A stretch of DNA of 64,000 bases, taken from assembly GCA_025594325.1 (NCBI GenBank), contig JANHCV010000002.1, forward strand, positions 1,798,001-1,862,000. Reading direction: 5' to 3'. The stretch comes from Blastocladiella emersonii ATCC 22665 (Eukaryota > Fungi > Blastocladiomycota). Of this stretch, positions 21,741 through 33,757 are shown piece by piece. The notes beneath the pieces were generated by a model, which saw only the letters and a program-made list of their open reading frames with translations, searched no databases and was not told where the DNA came from. Positions within the stretch are counted from its first letter, which is position 1, and each line of letters starts with the position of its first letter. The position numbers and the translations under genes were made by a program.

Positions 21741-22808
21741 ATGGATCCAGCGACGAAGCAACCCGATGCAAAGCCCGTGCGCGGCCCGACGCCGCCGGCG
21801 GACCCGTCGCTCGAGCCGCCGCTCGCGACGGACCTGCCGCACGAGGACCTGGAGCTGTCGTCCATGGAGTCGCTCAAGCACTGCGCGCGGGTCCAGTGCG
21901 AGACGTGCCGCGACCGCGTCCGCTACTACTGCCCGACGTGCCTGATCCCGCGCGGCACCCTGACGCCGCCCGTGATGCCCGTGCTGCCCTTCGTCTTCGA
22001 CGTGTGGAAGCACAACCTCGAGCTCAAGGGCAAGTCGACGGCGCTCCACGCCAAGGTCCTGTGCCCCGAGGACACCCGCGTGTTCGAGTACCCCTCGGAG
22101 GTCGCCGCGTACGAAAACCCGGCCGAGCGAACGCTTGTGCTGTACCCGAGCAGTGTACGCTCTTGTTTCGGCCGTGGGATCAGAGTGCTGCGGGGGACTG
22201 ATGAGCGAGCGGGATCTGTAGACCGCAACGCCCATCGGCGAGATCGACCCGACCTCGTTCACGCACGTCATCGTCATCGACGGGACGTGGTACCAGGCGC
22301 ACCAGATGGTCCGCGACGCCCCGTTCCTCAAGAACCGCAACGTGCGGCACGTCACCTTTGCCGCGCCGCCCAAGACCAAGGTACTCAATCCGCTCCGCTC
22401 CCCGCGACTCGACTGACCCTCTCTCCACTTCCCCTCCAGTTCTGGCGCTTCCAGCAAAAGTCGGAGCAGCACCTCGCGACCATCGAGGCCATGTGGTGGC
22501 TGGTTCGCGAGTACCTCGCCGCGCACCGGCCCACCGACAACCAGCACGCCTTTGACGACCTGCTGTGGTTCTACACGTTCCAGTACCAGCGCATCCTCGG
22601 CGAGTACCAGGAGAAGAAGGACCGCAAGTTCACGACCCGCATGAAGGGCCAGTTCGGCAAGGACCTCGAGCGCGTGCGCGGCGCCGACGACGGCGAGAGC
22701 GAGGAGCGGGCGGCTGAGCCCGTCGCGTCCAGCGCCGTGTCTGAAGCTGCCGCTGATGGCGAGAAGGAGCGCGATCGGCCGGTGCCCGTGGCGCGGGCGG
22801 ACAAGTAG
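21741..22808 (+). CDS. DTWD1: DTW-domain tRNA-uridine aminocarboxypropyltransferase (DTWD1-like), two introns
   Basis: CETCRDRVRYYCPTC zinc motif, KHNLELKGKSTALHAKVL, LVLYPS, IVIDGTW (spliced frame), FWRFQ, LATIEA and DDLLWFY. Confidence 0.85.
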   Translation: MDPATKQPDAKPVRGPTPPADPSLEPPLATDLPHEDLELSSMESLKHCARVQCETCRDRVRYYCPTCLIPRGTLTPPVMPVLPFVFDVWKHNLELKGKSTALHAKVLCPEDTRVFEYPSEVAAYENPAERTLVLYPSSVRSCFGRGIRVLRGTDERAGSVDRNAHRRDRPDLVHARHRHRRDVVPGAPDGPRRPVPQEPQRAARHLCRAAQDQGTQSAPLPATRLTLSPLPLQFWRFQQKSEQHLATIEAMWWLVREYLAAHRPTDNQHAFDDLLWFYTFQYQRILGEYQEKKDRKFTTRMKGQFGKDLERVRGADDGESEERAAEPVASSAVSEAAADGEKERDRPVPVARADK

Positions 22809-22996
22809 GGAAGGCGAAGCCGTAATATAGCACAACTCTGTAGGATGTATATCTGAGCAAAGCATGACGAGGTTGCGCCCGATGCCTGCTCGCAGTCGAC
22901 CACGACGTTGAGGACAAAGATCGATGTATGGGCTGCACTTCAGACCGCATCATCGTCACCATTACTAGCTGCGGCTGGAGCTGGCGGGAGCACCAA

Positions 22997-25064
22997 CTAG
23001 TCCAGATCCACGGGCTCGACGTACATCTGCATGGCGATCTCGTCAGCCCGCGCGGCCTCGGCGCGCGCAAATACTTCGTGATAGGCCGCCGTGAGCACCA
23101 GTCCGCCCGTGCCCATGCTGCTGACCACCAGCCCCACGGCCATGGTCGCCGGGCCCTCGATATCGGGGCGGACGCGGTACGTGACGCCCTCGAGGCGGAA
23201 CTGGCCTGTGCCAAGCAGGCCCGCGACGTGCGCCGAGTTGGTCAACAGCGCGCGGATGTTGGTGATCTCGCGCACGTCGATGCTGCGCGCCTGGCCCGCC
23301 GCCCACCTCCCAGCGAGCGTGGTGGCGTCGACCATGTCGAGCCCGTTCGAGTAGTACCACCGCGACCCGTTCTGGAACACGGTCGCGTACAGGACGCCGC
23401 GGGCCTGGCTCGCCAGCGTCGCGAACGTCGGCGACGGGTCGTACTTGGGCTGGTACCGCGCCGTGTCCGGGGTCAGGCCGAAGAACATGGGGGCCGCGTC
23501 GTTGAGACCCGTCACACCGCCTGCCGCCGCCGCGGCCGCTTGCGCTTCTGCGGCTCGTGCGCGCGCGGCCCGCGCCGCCTCGGCCATGGTGCGAGCGTCG
23601 ACCACGGCCGCATCGTAGCGCGCGCGCAGCGCCTGCTGCTCGGCCTCGGGCGAGTTCCGCTGGTTGGCCTCACGGATCGGCTTGACCAGGTGGTTGGCCT
23701 TGACCGCGGCGTCCTCAGCACGCTTGGTCGCGAGGGCGAGATCGCGCTGGGCTTCCAGGGCAGCCGACTCGAGGCGGATTTGGTCGTACAGCTCGCGAAT
23801 GGCGGGGTACTTGTTGAGAACGTTGGGCCGCGCAGCGAGCTTGGCGTCAAGCTTGAGGGTGTACTTGGCGGCCTTGTTAATGGCCAACTGGCGCGGCGGC
23901 ATGCCCGTTGCCGAGTAGGCGAAGATGAGGCCCGAGATGAACAGCCAGCTGGACGGTCGGGACAGTGTGTAGGTCAGTCGGTGCTCTCGCTCAGGTTCTG
24001 GCCGAGGGGAATGCGCAAATGATGCGGACGTACTCGTGCTCCTGGTCGAGGCGCATGTCCGAGTACCGCGAGCGGCGCTCGCACAGCCCAAACCCGTCGG
24101 GCCCGTCAGCTGGAGCGAGCGCTGGCATCATGGCCGACTCGAGGGCGTGGATCTGCACGTAGAGGAGGTACGGCAAACAGAGGTCGTGCGTGCCGCGCGC
24201 GAGGAGGCTGGCGGCCCCTGAGGCCGCGAGTTGCTGCCACACCTCGTCGATGACCGACTTGCCCGTGCCGCGCTGGAAGGCGAGCGCCGAGAACTGGTAG
24301 ATGCCGTCCAGCTGCTCGACGCGCGTCCCGTTCGGGTCGCTGCGCGGGTTCGGCGAAAATGGCGTGGTCCACGTCACCATGGGCCGCGGAAGCCGCTTGG
24401 CGAGTTCGGCGTGGTCCGCGACCCAATCCAGGTACGCCTTGTCGAGGGCGGCGAGGCGCGCGAAATGATCGGCGGCGGTCAGGTTGCGGCCGAGCAGGTC
24501 CATGTCGTCTACGCGGCGAGGGCGAACGGTGCGGACGTCAGCGCATAGGTACGGATGCTGTGGGCTGGGAAGGGCGCAGGGATCGTCGTACTGGGCGTGA
24601 CGAGCGGATCCGGACCATGGCCGAGGAGGAGGAGGGCGACGTGGTCGAGCTGGCGCCGCAGGAACATGGTCGCGGCGTACGCGAGGCGGTGCACCGCGGC
24701 CTCGGCGGCGTCGGCGGCCTCCGCGGGTGGCGCGGGCGGGCCGCCCGGCAGGCGCATCGCGTCGGACACGGCCACGGCAAAGTTGTCGGCCGCAGACGCG
24801 GAAGCGGGGTCCATGTCGTCGCCGACATACCGCTGCTTGCGCAAGTTGCGTGTACAGGGTGAGCGCGCCGGCCGACTCGAGCGGGTACATGACGACGTTC
24901 AGGATGGCGTCGAGCGGGGCCGTGTACCGCACGACCTTGTACTCGAACATGCGGCCGTCGGCGGAGACCAGGTACAGCGGCACGTCGGGCGCGGGGCAGC
25001 GCACGGGCCGGATCGGCTCGACCGGGTTGGGCAGCTTGGCCTTGGGGCCCTTTTTGCGTGGCAT
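22997..25064 (-). CDS. Multi-exon hypothetical protein with a coiled-coil and a possible C-terminal profilin-like domain
   Basis: Coding-type codon usage across three ORFs joined by plausible introns ending at about 24509 and about 23950. The first exon junction (about 24850) is unresolved. Confidence 0.55.
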
Positions 25065-25273
25065 TGCAGAGGTGCTGGTGGTGGTACCACTTGATGTGAT
25101 GTTGTTCTGATGCGTAGTGAGGGAGAGCGAGCGCGCGCAGCAGCGGCGGCGGGTCGCGTCGCGTTGCGCCGCCTCCGGGTCGAGCAACATCGAACGTGGG
25201 CTCGTTGCAGAACGGCTCAGTCTCCTCATCATGATGGCCAGCTGATGAAACCGACGTCGCAACTCCTTGCAAT

Positions 25274-26128
25274 ATGTCTCTCTCCATCAACTGGTCGTTG
25301 CTAGACACGCAGCTCGCCGAGGCGCTCGAGTCCTTTCTGAACGCCCGCCTCGGGGACCTCGACAGCCCGTACATCCGCAACGTGCAGGTCAGCGGGTTCA
25401 AGTGGGGCGACGCCGCGCCCGAGGTCACCCTGCTCGACCTGACGGACCCGTACGAGGACTTTTACTGGCAAGACGACGGGCCCGCCGCTGCTGCCGCGGG
25501 ATCGGTTGCGCCGACGCCCGCCGTGTCGGCCGCCACCTCGCCGACGCACCTCCACCACCCCGCCACCGGTACCGCGAGCGGAACTGCGACTCCGCGGTCC
25601 ACATCGCCCTACGCTTCGGACCCGAACGTTGGAAATGGCACTGGCGGTAACGGCCCGCTCCCGCGGTCGCCGACCGACGTGCAAATCCACGTGCACGTCG
25701 CGTACAAGGGCAGCATTGAGCTCGAGCTGCAGCTGGACCTCGGCGCGCCGCTCCCCGGTGGCGGCGGCGGGTCGCTGTGGCTGCCCATGAACGTGCGGCT
25801 GCGCGGAATCCATCTTGACGCGCTCTTCGCGTTCGCGTGGGTCAACGGCGACCGGCTTTCGTGGTGTCTCCTCGAGACCGAGGATGAGTCGGGGAGCACA
25901 AAGTGCGTCTTATTTCGTGCTGAAGGTCGGAGGAGCGTCAGGCTGACGTTGAGCGCACCGTGTAGCATCATCAAGGCGCTGCACATCGAGACTTCGGTTG
26001 GCGACGCAACACGGCAGCGGTTGCACAACGTGTCCAAGGTCGAGCGGTTTCTCGTGGACCAGATCCATCGGTTGCTCGACGCCGAGTGCGTGTGGCCCAA
26101 CTACCACACGGTTCTTTTGCAACGATGA
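25274..26128 (+). CDS. MDM12: ERMES complex subunit Mdm12 (SMP domain); probable 63-nt in-frame intron 25903-25965
   Basis: MSLSINWSLL, GDAAPEVTLLDLTDPYEDFY, DVQIHVHVAYKG, IETSVGD, LHNVSKVERFLVDQIHRLL and VWPNYHT. Confidence 0.88.
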   Translation: MSLSINWSLLDTQLAEALESFLNARLGDLDSPYIRNVQVSGFKWGDAAPEVTLLDLTDPYEDFYWQDDGPAAAAAGSVAPTPAVSAATSPTHLHHPATGTASGTATPRSTSPYASDPNVGNGTGGNGPLPRSPTDVQIHVHVAYKGSIELELQLDLGAPLPGGGGGSLWLPMNVRLRGIHLDALFAFAWVNGDRLSWCLLETEDESGSTKCVLFRAEGRRSVRLTLSAPCSIIKALHIETSVGDATRQRLHNVSKVERFLVDQIHRLLDAECVWPNYHTVLLQR

Positions 26129-26329
26129 GCGCCGAAATGTACACTTCCATGCTCATCGTCATCCTGTCGAGCGCAATGACGCGAACGCGACGCCGCGATT
26201 GATCGAGCCCACTTCGCGCGACGTGCCGCGTTGGCGAGCGATACCAGCGGTTTTACTTCTTGCCACAATTATGGATTCTTCATACGACCTGCTATATTGG
26301 GATCATTCATCGTGTGCCCGCATCCACTA

Positions 26330-27856
26330 CTAGCCTTTGACGCCATGGCCCTGCTTCTTGTACTTCTCGGCGACCCGATCGACCGCCTTCGTGAGCTCAA
26401 CGATCCCGGTCAAGTCAGCAACGCCGCGCATCATATGAGCCGTCAACGGCTCAGGATGAATCCCGAGGGCGACCATTTCGTCCCAGAACTTGATGGCGCG
26501 CGCGGCGCAGTGCTCCTGGAACGCCGGCACCTCCGAGCCCACCACGTCCTCGTCAACGGCGCAGACGAGCTCCGTGACAATGAGCGAGTTGTAGTACATG
26601 GAGCCAATCGCGTTCGGGTGCTTGAGCGCGCGGACATGCGCGTGCAGGACGTCGATCTGCTCCGACTCGCCAGCCGCCTCGTGCGCCTCAATCAGCGCCG
26701 CGAACACAAGTGGCGACGTGACGGGAAACTTCTCGCCCAGCCTGCCGAAGTGGTCGAATGCGAGGTGCGCGTACTCGGGGTTGCGCGCCTGCATGCTTGC
26801 GTACATGTATCTGGCGCGGGTCGTGAAGTCGAACCCGGCCGAGTGCGCGAGCTTGAGCACAGCGGCCGCGTCGGCGACCATGACTTCGTACTGATAGTTG
26901 TCGTAGAGTAAAAACGAAAAGTGCTCGTTGGTCAGCGCAGCAGCGTGGTCCTGTTGACCGGGCGGCGCGTTGAGCCGCGACTCGACCATCTTGGTGAGGA
27001 GCTGCAGGGCCTTCGAGTTAATCTCACTCGCATGTGCGATCCCCTCACGGACAAGCGCGAGGGTCAGCACCGGATCAGCCCATTCGTGCGCGACGAGCCC
27101 GTCAGCGACAGCGCGCGTGACGATTGATGCCACGCTCTCCTCCCCACAGCCGTCACACATCAGGATCGCCTCGATCCGGACCTTGTCGAGCGGCGTGAGG
27201 CCGACCGCAGTCTTGACCATGGCCTCGTAGCGCTCGAAGCTGCCGACACGAAGCGCATCGGACACGAGCGGAAGCAGCGCCGACGCGTGGTTGCCCGACT
27301 CGGCGACCAGGTCGAGCACCGACTCGATCTCGGACTCGTCGAGCTGCCGCTGCGCGACGATGGCCGTGAGCTTGGCCACGAGCTCGGGCCGAGACACGAC
27401 GAGCTTCTTGATGGCCGTGTTTTCAGTGATGCGCTGGATGACAACTGTCACGGCAGCGCACCACTCAATGTCGACGGCGTCGGCCCACGCGGGGAAGCGC
27501 GCGAGCTGGTCGAGGAGGGCGTCGAGTGCGGCGGGCGTGCAGCGAGCCGCGTCGCCGATCCAGTCCATGCCGTCCATGATCGTGTACACGCCGATCGGGT
27601 TGTACTCGGTGGTGGCCGCGCCGGTGCGGTCCAGGTCGCGGAGGATCTCGGACGGTACCGAGGCATGGGTCGCCGCCGCCGTGGTCAAGGGACGCGCGAA
27701 CGACGCGGTCGCAGTGGGAACGGGCCCAGGACGGAGCTGAAGCGAGCGCGACGAGAGGTGGAGCGCGGCACGAGGAAGAACCGGCAGCGCGCCGCGAACG
27801 AGACGGGCGGGCTCGATCAGGCGCGGGAAGCGAGCAAGTCGAGCGATGCGTTGCAT
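26330..27856 (-). CDS. Putative mitochondrial PPR-like helical-repeat protein, family copy A1 (508 aa, intact)
   Basis: Arg-rich presequence MQRIARLARFPRL, family block GLVAHEWADPVL, and a PPR-like YYNSLI...AIKFWDEMVALGIHP. Confidence 0.68.
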   Translation of the reverse strand: MQRIARLARFPRLIEPARLVRGALPVLPRAALHLSSRSLQLRPGPVPTATASFARPLTTAAATHASVPSEILRDLDRTGAATTEYNPIGVYTIMDGMDWIGDAARCTPAALDALLDQLARFPAWADAVDIEWCAAVTVVIQRITENTAIKKLVVSRPELVAKLTAIVAQRQLDESEIESVLDLVAESGNHASALLPLVSDALRVGSFERYEAMVKTAVGLTPLDKVRIEAILMCDGCGEESVASIVTRAVADGLVAHEWADPVLTLALVREGIAHASEINSKALQLLTKMVESRLNAPPGQQDHAAALTNEHFSFLLYDNYQYEVMVADAAAVLKLAHSAGFDFTTRARYMYASMQARNPEYAHLAFDHFGRLGEKFPVTSPLVFAALIEAHEAAGESEQIDVLHAHVRALKHPNAIGSMYYNSLIVTELVCAVDEDVVGSEVPAFQEHCAARAIKFWDEMVALGIHPEPLTAHMMRGVADLTGIVELTKAVDRVAEKYKKQGHGVKG

Positions 27857-28147
27857 TTTTGACGATTCAGGTCGATAGAGAGAGGAAATGAATGCCCGAC
27901 GTGCAGATTGTTTATTTATGACAAATCTGGATCAAAGAAACGACATCTCCTGAAGACCCTCCGTCGCTTCAGTGGTGGCGCAGCGGGGTAACCGGAGGAG
28001 TGTGGCGGTGGCGCGACGCGTCGGTGACGTGATCCATCGCTCTGTCGGATCACGACGAAGCGGCGCCTTGATACAGAAAAATAGATCAATTTCAATCACA
28101 GGAAATATCAGGCTCACGGAAACCCTCTTTTCAACGCCAACCTATAT

Positions 28148-28372
28148 CTAGCGAGTCTTGGAACGGCTCGCGCGGTAGTTTGCAACCGCCTCGATCAGCT
28201 CAGGGCGTTTGGCAGCCTCGCCCGTGCGCTCCATCTTGTCAAGAAGGCTGTCAAGCGGCTTGACGCCGAGCGATACCATCTCTTTGAAGAGGAGGATTGC
28301 GTGGTTGACCCAGTACCGCTGGCCGTCGCGGACCTCCTCTGACAGGTCGTCGTCCGCGACGCGTCTCATCAA
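28148..28372 (-). pseudogene. C-terminal fragment of the PPR-like family
   Basis: AILLFKEMVSLGVKP...TGEAAKRPELIEAVANYRA matches the C-termini of the other copies. Confidence 0.55.
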
Positions 28373-28494
28373 ATCTGATCACCGATTTTTGCTCCATTTC
28401 TTCTCCCCCTTCACTGCAAAACAAGCTAATCCAATTTGATTCAAATGATAAGAAAATACGAATCAAAACAAAAATTCACCATGCGATGCCATCA

Positions 28495-29969
28495 TCACAC
28501 CTGCTTGGCGCGGTGGAGAGCAACTGCCTCGACGAGTTTGTCATGGCCAGACGCCTTGCCCGTCAGTTCCATCTCTTCGAGCAGCTCCTTCTCGGGCATC
28601 ACACCGAGAGAAATCATCTCGTCAAAGAGTTTGATCGCCTGAGCGACCTCATACTCTTCGCCTTCGACCTCATCCTCGGTCAGCGAATCGTCGCCAGTCA
28701 CGAAGCGCAGCTCGTTTGTGATGAGCTTGTAGTAGTAGTCGGGCGTAAGTGCATTTGGATGGTTGAGCGAGCGCACATGCTCGTGAAGGTTCATGATCTC
28801 ATCCGGTTCGCCGAACGCGTTGTACACTTCGATGAGCGACGAAAAGATCTGCGAGGAGATCAATGGAAACTTCTCTCCGCGACGGCCAAAGTGCTCAAAT
28901 GCGTGGTCGCAGAAGTCGAGGCGCAAGGCGAACGTCGAGGCCATTTGAAACTTGGCACGCGTCGTGAAGTCAAGTCCAACGTCGTGGGCAAGGTCAAGAG
29001 CCGTTTCAGCTGAAAAAGGCGAGTACTTGGGGTCGAAGTCGCACTCGTAGCCAAAAAATGAAAAGTGCTCGTTCGTGAGAGTAACTTTGCTGCGGTTCCC
29101 GGGCACTTTGAGCTTGGCCTCAACCATCTTACGAACTAGCTTCAGAGCACGGTGCTCTGCGTAAGGGTGGTAGACTTCGCGAATGAGAGCCATGTTGAGC
29201 ATCGAGTCGGCCCACTTGTGCGGAATGAGCCCGGACGAAACGGCGCGTTTGATGAGGGCGTGAGCCGATTCATCGCGGCAAGTGGTTGCAATGCGAAGGC
29301 GATCCAGCGGCGACAGCTCAACGGTAGACTCTGTCACGGCCTTGACGCGGGCGCCGTGGCCGGTGCGAACCGCCTCAGTGGCGATCGTGAGGAGCGATTC
29401 AGCGCTGCAGCCATTCGCAGCGACCAAGTCAAGCACGATGCCAACAGACTCGGGCTCGAAGCGGTGCTGACTCGTCAACTGAACAAGTTTGCGCAGAAGC
29501 TCCGGGTGAGCGGCCAAAGTCTTGCCAAACGTTGGCTGCTTGGCGAGCTTTGTGATAGCGAACTCGACGCCCTGAGACCATTCATCATCGACCGAGTCGG
29601 CCTACGAGGGAGCTTTGGCAAGCTCTTCAATTAAAGCGGTGAGGTTGACGGGGTCGTAGAAAGTCTCGTCAGCAAGCCAGGTCAGCGACTTGATGGCGTC
29701 CTTGAAGGCCGCCGGATGGTACGTTGTGATGGAGGCGCTGATGCGACCGAGGTCACGGTTGACGTCGTGGCCAGCAAATTGGGTGGCCGTGGTCATGAGG
29801 CGAGTGGGCGAAGAGACCGAGAGGACCTGCGGAGCTGCAGCAAGGGGAACGCGCATCGCAAAGAGATGAGCGCGTGGGCGACCGCTGGCAGGCTCAGGCG
29901 CGTGAGTTGAGCGCGTGCGACCGGACGAGCGGCACGGGCAGCGCGGGCAGCGCGATTAATATGATACAT
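28495..29969 (-). pseudogene. PPR-like family copy A2, pseudogene
   Basis: Starts MYHINRAARAARAARP at 29969. Frameshift near 29875 and in-frame TAG at 29602-29604, where copy A1 has Trp (APS*ADSVDDEW vs FPAWADAVDIEW). The rest is colinear with A1. Confidence 0.72.
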
Positions 29970-30160
29970 TGTAGATCAATCTTTGATTGGTTACGTCCAA
30001 AGAGAGCTTCACTCGCGTAAAGGGCCCAAGGTTTATAGTCGCCCCGATGCCCCCTGGCTCAGTCTAGTTGGTTACCCCTGACCAACTGACCATACGACTG
30101 TTCAGCGAGAACCAAGTTTATTACATGCGACTATCATCTAGAAAAGCACCAGACCAATAA

Positions 30161-31620
30161 TTACTGCTCAGGAAGGCCGACAATCAAGCGGACCAAACGC
30201 ACTCCATCCTCATCGCCAACTCGTTCCGCGCAACCGAGCACGAACTTGACAGTCTCGTCTCTTGGCTTGAGGCCGCGCCCGACCATCTCTTTGAGCAAAG
30301 TAATAGTGAAATCGGCGCTCGGGTCCGCGCCACCGTGAAACTCGTAGCCGTCCTCGTCCTCCCACCCTGCAGCTGTTCCGCAAATCATGTTCTCGTAGTA
30401 CTTGGCCGTGAGCAACCGCGGATGATTCCTTGCGAGGACCTCGCGGTGAAACTCCTCGACCTCGCTCAATTGGTACCCCCACGAGTAGGTGCGCGCGATG
30501 TACTCATACGCGATCCACGGCTCAGGCCCCTTTGATGCGAGCCATTCAAAGTAATGGACGGCCCATTTGGGTTTACCAGTGAAGTAGACTCCGTTGACCA
30601 ACGTGAAAGTAACCCGCAGATTATCAACGCCAGGGGCGAGACCAGGTACTTCTTCGGCATCAATGCAATACCCATTGTTACAAAGCGCGCGGATCGTCTT
30701 GTGGAGGTGCTCCGGCTGCGGCTGCGTCGCTTTGGCCATCTCGCGCAACGCTTCGAGTATCATTGAAGAGCCGCTGACCGCGCGCGCTGCGTTAAGGCGG
30801 GCCATGGCCAGCGTCGGATCGGCCCAGTTGTGCTGAATCAGCCCAGCGCCGGCCGCTTCGACAACAAGCGCGTCGACGGTCCGCGCTCGCCACGCGCCGC
30901 TGCGACGAACGCGCGAAGTCGGAAGGCATCGAGCACCGAAGCATGAATCAACACGGCATCCACAATCGCCTGGGCGCGCGCGACATGAGACGGATTGGTC
31001 TCCTCGCCGCGAGGATCCTTGTAGCGGAACCGGCAAGCGGTCCTGACAACGGCGAGCGCGGCCTAAGCGGGGCGGCTGGCTGAGTCGTAGAGATCAAGCA
31101 GTGCAGTGGTCGAGCGCTCGTTGCTGATTCGGTGATGCTCAGCCGTACAACACAGCTCGACGACGACGGCCTTGGACAGCGGGCGGGGAAGTCGACTGAG
31201 AGCAGCGACCAGATCCTGGAAGCCCGTGCACCACGCGTCCTCGGTGGTTTCAAGGTAAGCAGGTGTCGAGGTGCGAATAGACGCGAGAAGGCTAACGAGG
31301 TCGTGCTCGGACATGCCATGGAAGTCACGACCAGAGAGCTTCGAAGCGGCATGCGCAAAGTCGCTCGGCCGGTTTGCAGCTACAGCGCTGGCAAGCTCGG
31401 CGAGAACAGGGTGATCGCGGACCTTCAAAGTTGCCTGCGTCGACAGCGCGCTAAGGAGGCGTCCATGATGAAGCAGCGCGACGGGGCGAGCGAGCGCAAT
31501 GGCGCCAGGTCCGGTAAGCGAGCGCAAAACGGCGATCCGTGGGAGCACCAGAGCCGAGCTCGAAACGGCGCGGATCATGCGCGATGGCAGCGAGTTCCGT
31601 GGAGCTATAACGCGATACAT
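30161..31620 (-). pseudogene. PPR-like family copy B1, pseudogene
   Basis: TAG at 31063-31065 where copy B2 has Glu (SASRPA*AAL vs SAGRPDEVAL), and a 1-nt frameshift near 30885. Otherwise highly colinear with 46652-48112. Confidence 0.75.
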
Positions 31621-33528
31621 GGTTGCCAGCTGGTTGAGAGCGCGCACGGTTAGCGAGCTCAGTAGTTCTCAGCTGTAGCTTTAGCGAAGCTGAGTTTCTG
31701 TTTGAGCAATTGAAACCTATCAGAGACATCAACCTGCACGTGAACCAAGCTTCGTCTGCAGTTCTGGCCCCCGACCCCAACTCTCTTGGTCTAGCTCTCA
31801 TTCCAAGTCCTCGACTCCCCGCATTGGCCTCAGCCCGGTGTAATAAAAATTCTGACACTGCTTATTTGATGCGGCGACCTACTTGAACGTCTTTGAGTGC
31901 GCGGCAAGTCGCAGCGACAGTGGAGCGGTCGGTCGCTGGTGTCTCCCACTGCTGCGCCACCCGCTGAGCCACCCGCTGAGCCACCGCTCTCCGACCCCGC
32001 CTGCAGCTCCGTTGCCAACCGTTACGACTGCTTTCGAAGAACAACAATCAGCGCAGCATCAAGGTCGCGCAAAAAATCATTATGAAGCATTCGGCGCAAA
32101 ATATAGGTCCTCTATTCCCGCTGTTTCCCCAAACTGACTTCAATCTGGCCGCCCGAACTGTCGCGCTTTGATCCGTCTTTTTCTTCCTCTTGAAGCGCAA
32201 AAAAAAATTGAAAGTTTGTGAATCGCTCGATTACCGAGGTAGTTCAAGGTCATGGATCTCGGTTGTTGTTCGCAAGGAAATGATTTCATTCTCGGCGATG
32301 GGTAGCGTCTACAAAGTGATTACTGAGGGGTAGCGATGACGTGACGTACACATTGACTGGAGAAAGCTCAACATGCACGCAGCAAGGCGAGAGTGGTGCG
32401 ACGCGACCCTGACACAGACGGTGAGTACAACACCGGGGTCCACGACCACGGCTGGATCGCGCCCGCTAACTGAGCCTAGCCTGGCGATAAGAAAGAAGGG
32501 TCAGCAGCGTCAGGCGTGTACGCGCCCGCTGTATCGTACTGAAAGTAGTCAGCCGCAAATCGTACTCGACACCGCGTACTACGTCGTGCGGGTCGACCTG
32601 CGTGACACAATTCTGTCTCGCTCCAACGCGTCGTTGATAAGGTTAAGGGCGAGGCGCACATGTACGTCGTTGACGCGATGGACATCAAGGACGGGCCCTG
32701 CGTCGAGATCATCTTGGGCTCGGTCCTGATCGCTGGTCAGACGTCGGCCGCGTGCGAAAGATACTCACGGCGACGCTCGTTGCGTTCCGCTCGATAGCCA
32801 TCGCCCAGAACGCGAGTCAGGGTGACGCCCAGCTCATCATCCTCACGGGCTTTGCTGCGCTCAACAAGGAGCTCAGCTGCGATGTGTACACGACCAATGT
32901 TGAGGTTGGCGGTGCCCAAATCATACACTGCGGCGCTTCACGGCGTTGTCCAAATTATCCAAGTTTTTATTAACCTTCCCGCCCACTGCAACACACCGCG
33001 CTTGATCCTTCACCCGCCGATCAGCAACCCAGCAACCATCGCTGCCGCGGACCTGGCCTTGGCCTTCTCGTCAGTGGCTTCTTTGTTTGCAAAGGGTGCC
33101 GCCAATGAAGCCTTGTACCAGTTCGGCGAGGTGGATCGCAAGCTTACGAACCGCAACACAGAAAGCACACGGCGGGAACAGGTGCGTGAGGTCGACTGGT
33201 TCTTAGACTGCTTCTCATGGACCGGGACCATGAGCAGGTGCTCGGGCGAACGTTCTCTCCAGCAAGGCTGCGGACGATCCGCGCTCAGGAACAAGGCGGC
33301 GTGGGCGGCCGCGACCTTGGTCACGAGGGCTTCTCCCGCTCCTCAACTTTGTTAACTCGGTTTACTTAACTGGCACGGACTATCAGGCAGCCAGCGCGAC
33401 TTGTTTGAGTCCAGCTTCAGTTCCGACCATGAGCCAAGGCTTCGAGTGCTTGCTCAACCGAATAACGTGATTTTCCGCGGCCACAATGCTCATGGCTGTG
33501 GGGGAGTTGGCCATGGACGCGTGCCTAC

Positions 33529-33744
33529 TGTTGATGCCAACAGAAGGAGGCAGGAGACAAGTAGTCAGGGATGTCTATTCCTGCTTTCGGCCCCGAACCC
33601 AAGACGGGGAGAGGGGAGAATGGATAACAAAGCAGGGCGCGCCGCAGCGGGGTGCGGCGGCGCGGGAGCGAGGGATTGCGGGCGGCTCACGCGAGATCAG
33701 ATGATTGATCACCGCGGTCGTGGCCACATGAACGACACGCAACA
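33529..33744 (-). repeat. 3' LTR
   Basis: TGTTG...CAACA; 9 substitutions versus the other LTR (manual count). Confidence 0.95.
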
Positions 33745-33757
33745 TCACCTCCCCCCA
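33745..33757 (-). other. Polypurine tract
   Basis: TGGGGGGAGGTGA on the minus strand, directly abutting the 3' LTR and overlapping the pol stop codon. Confidence 0.8.

Noticed and set aside
31955-31990. 12-bp tandem repeat GCCACCCGCTGA
   Set aside because: About 2.5 copies in intergenic DNA with no further structure.
32373-33355. Short ORFs and splice-like signals left of the retrotransposon
   Set aside because: I could not assemble a consistent gene model or recognise any family; it may be a decayed gene.
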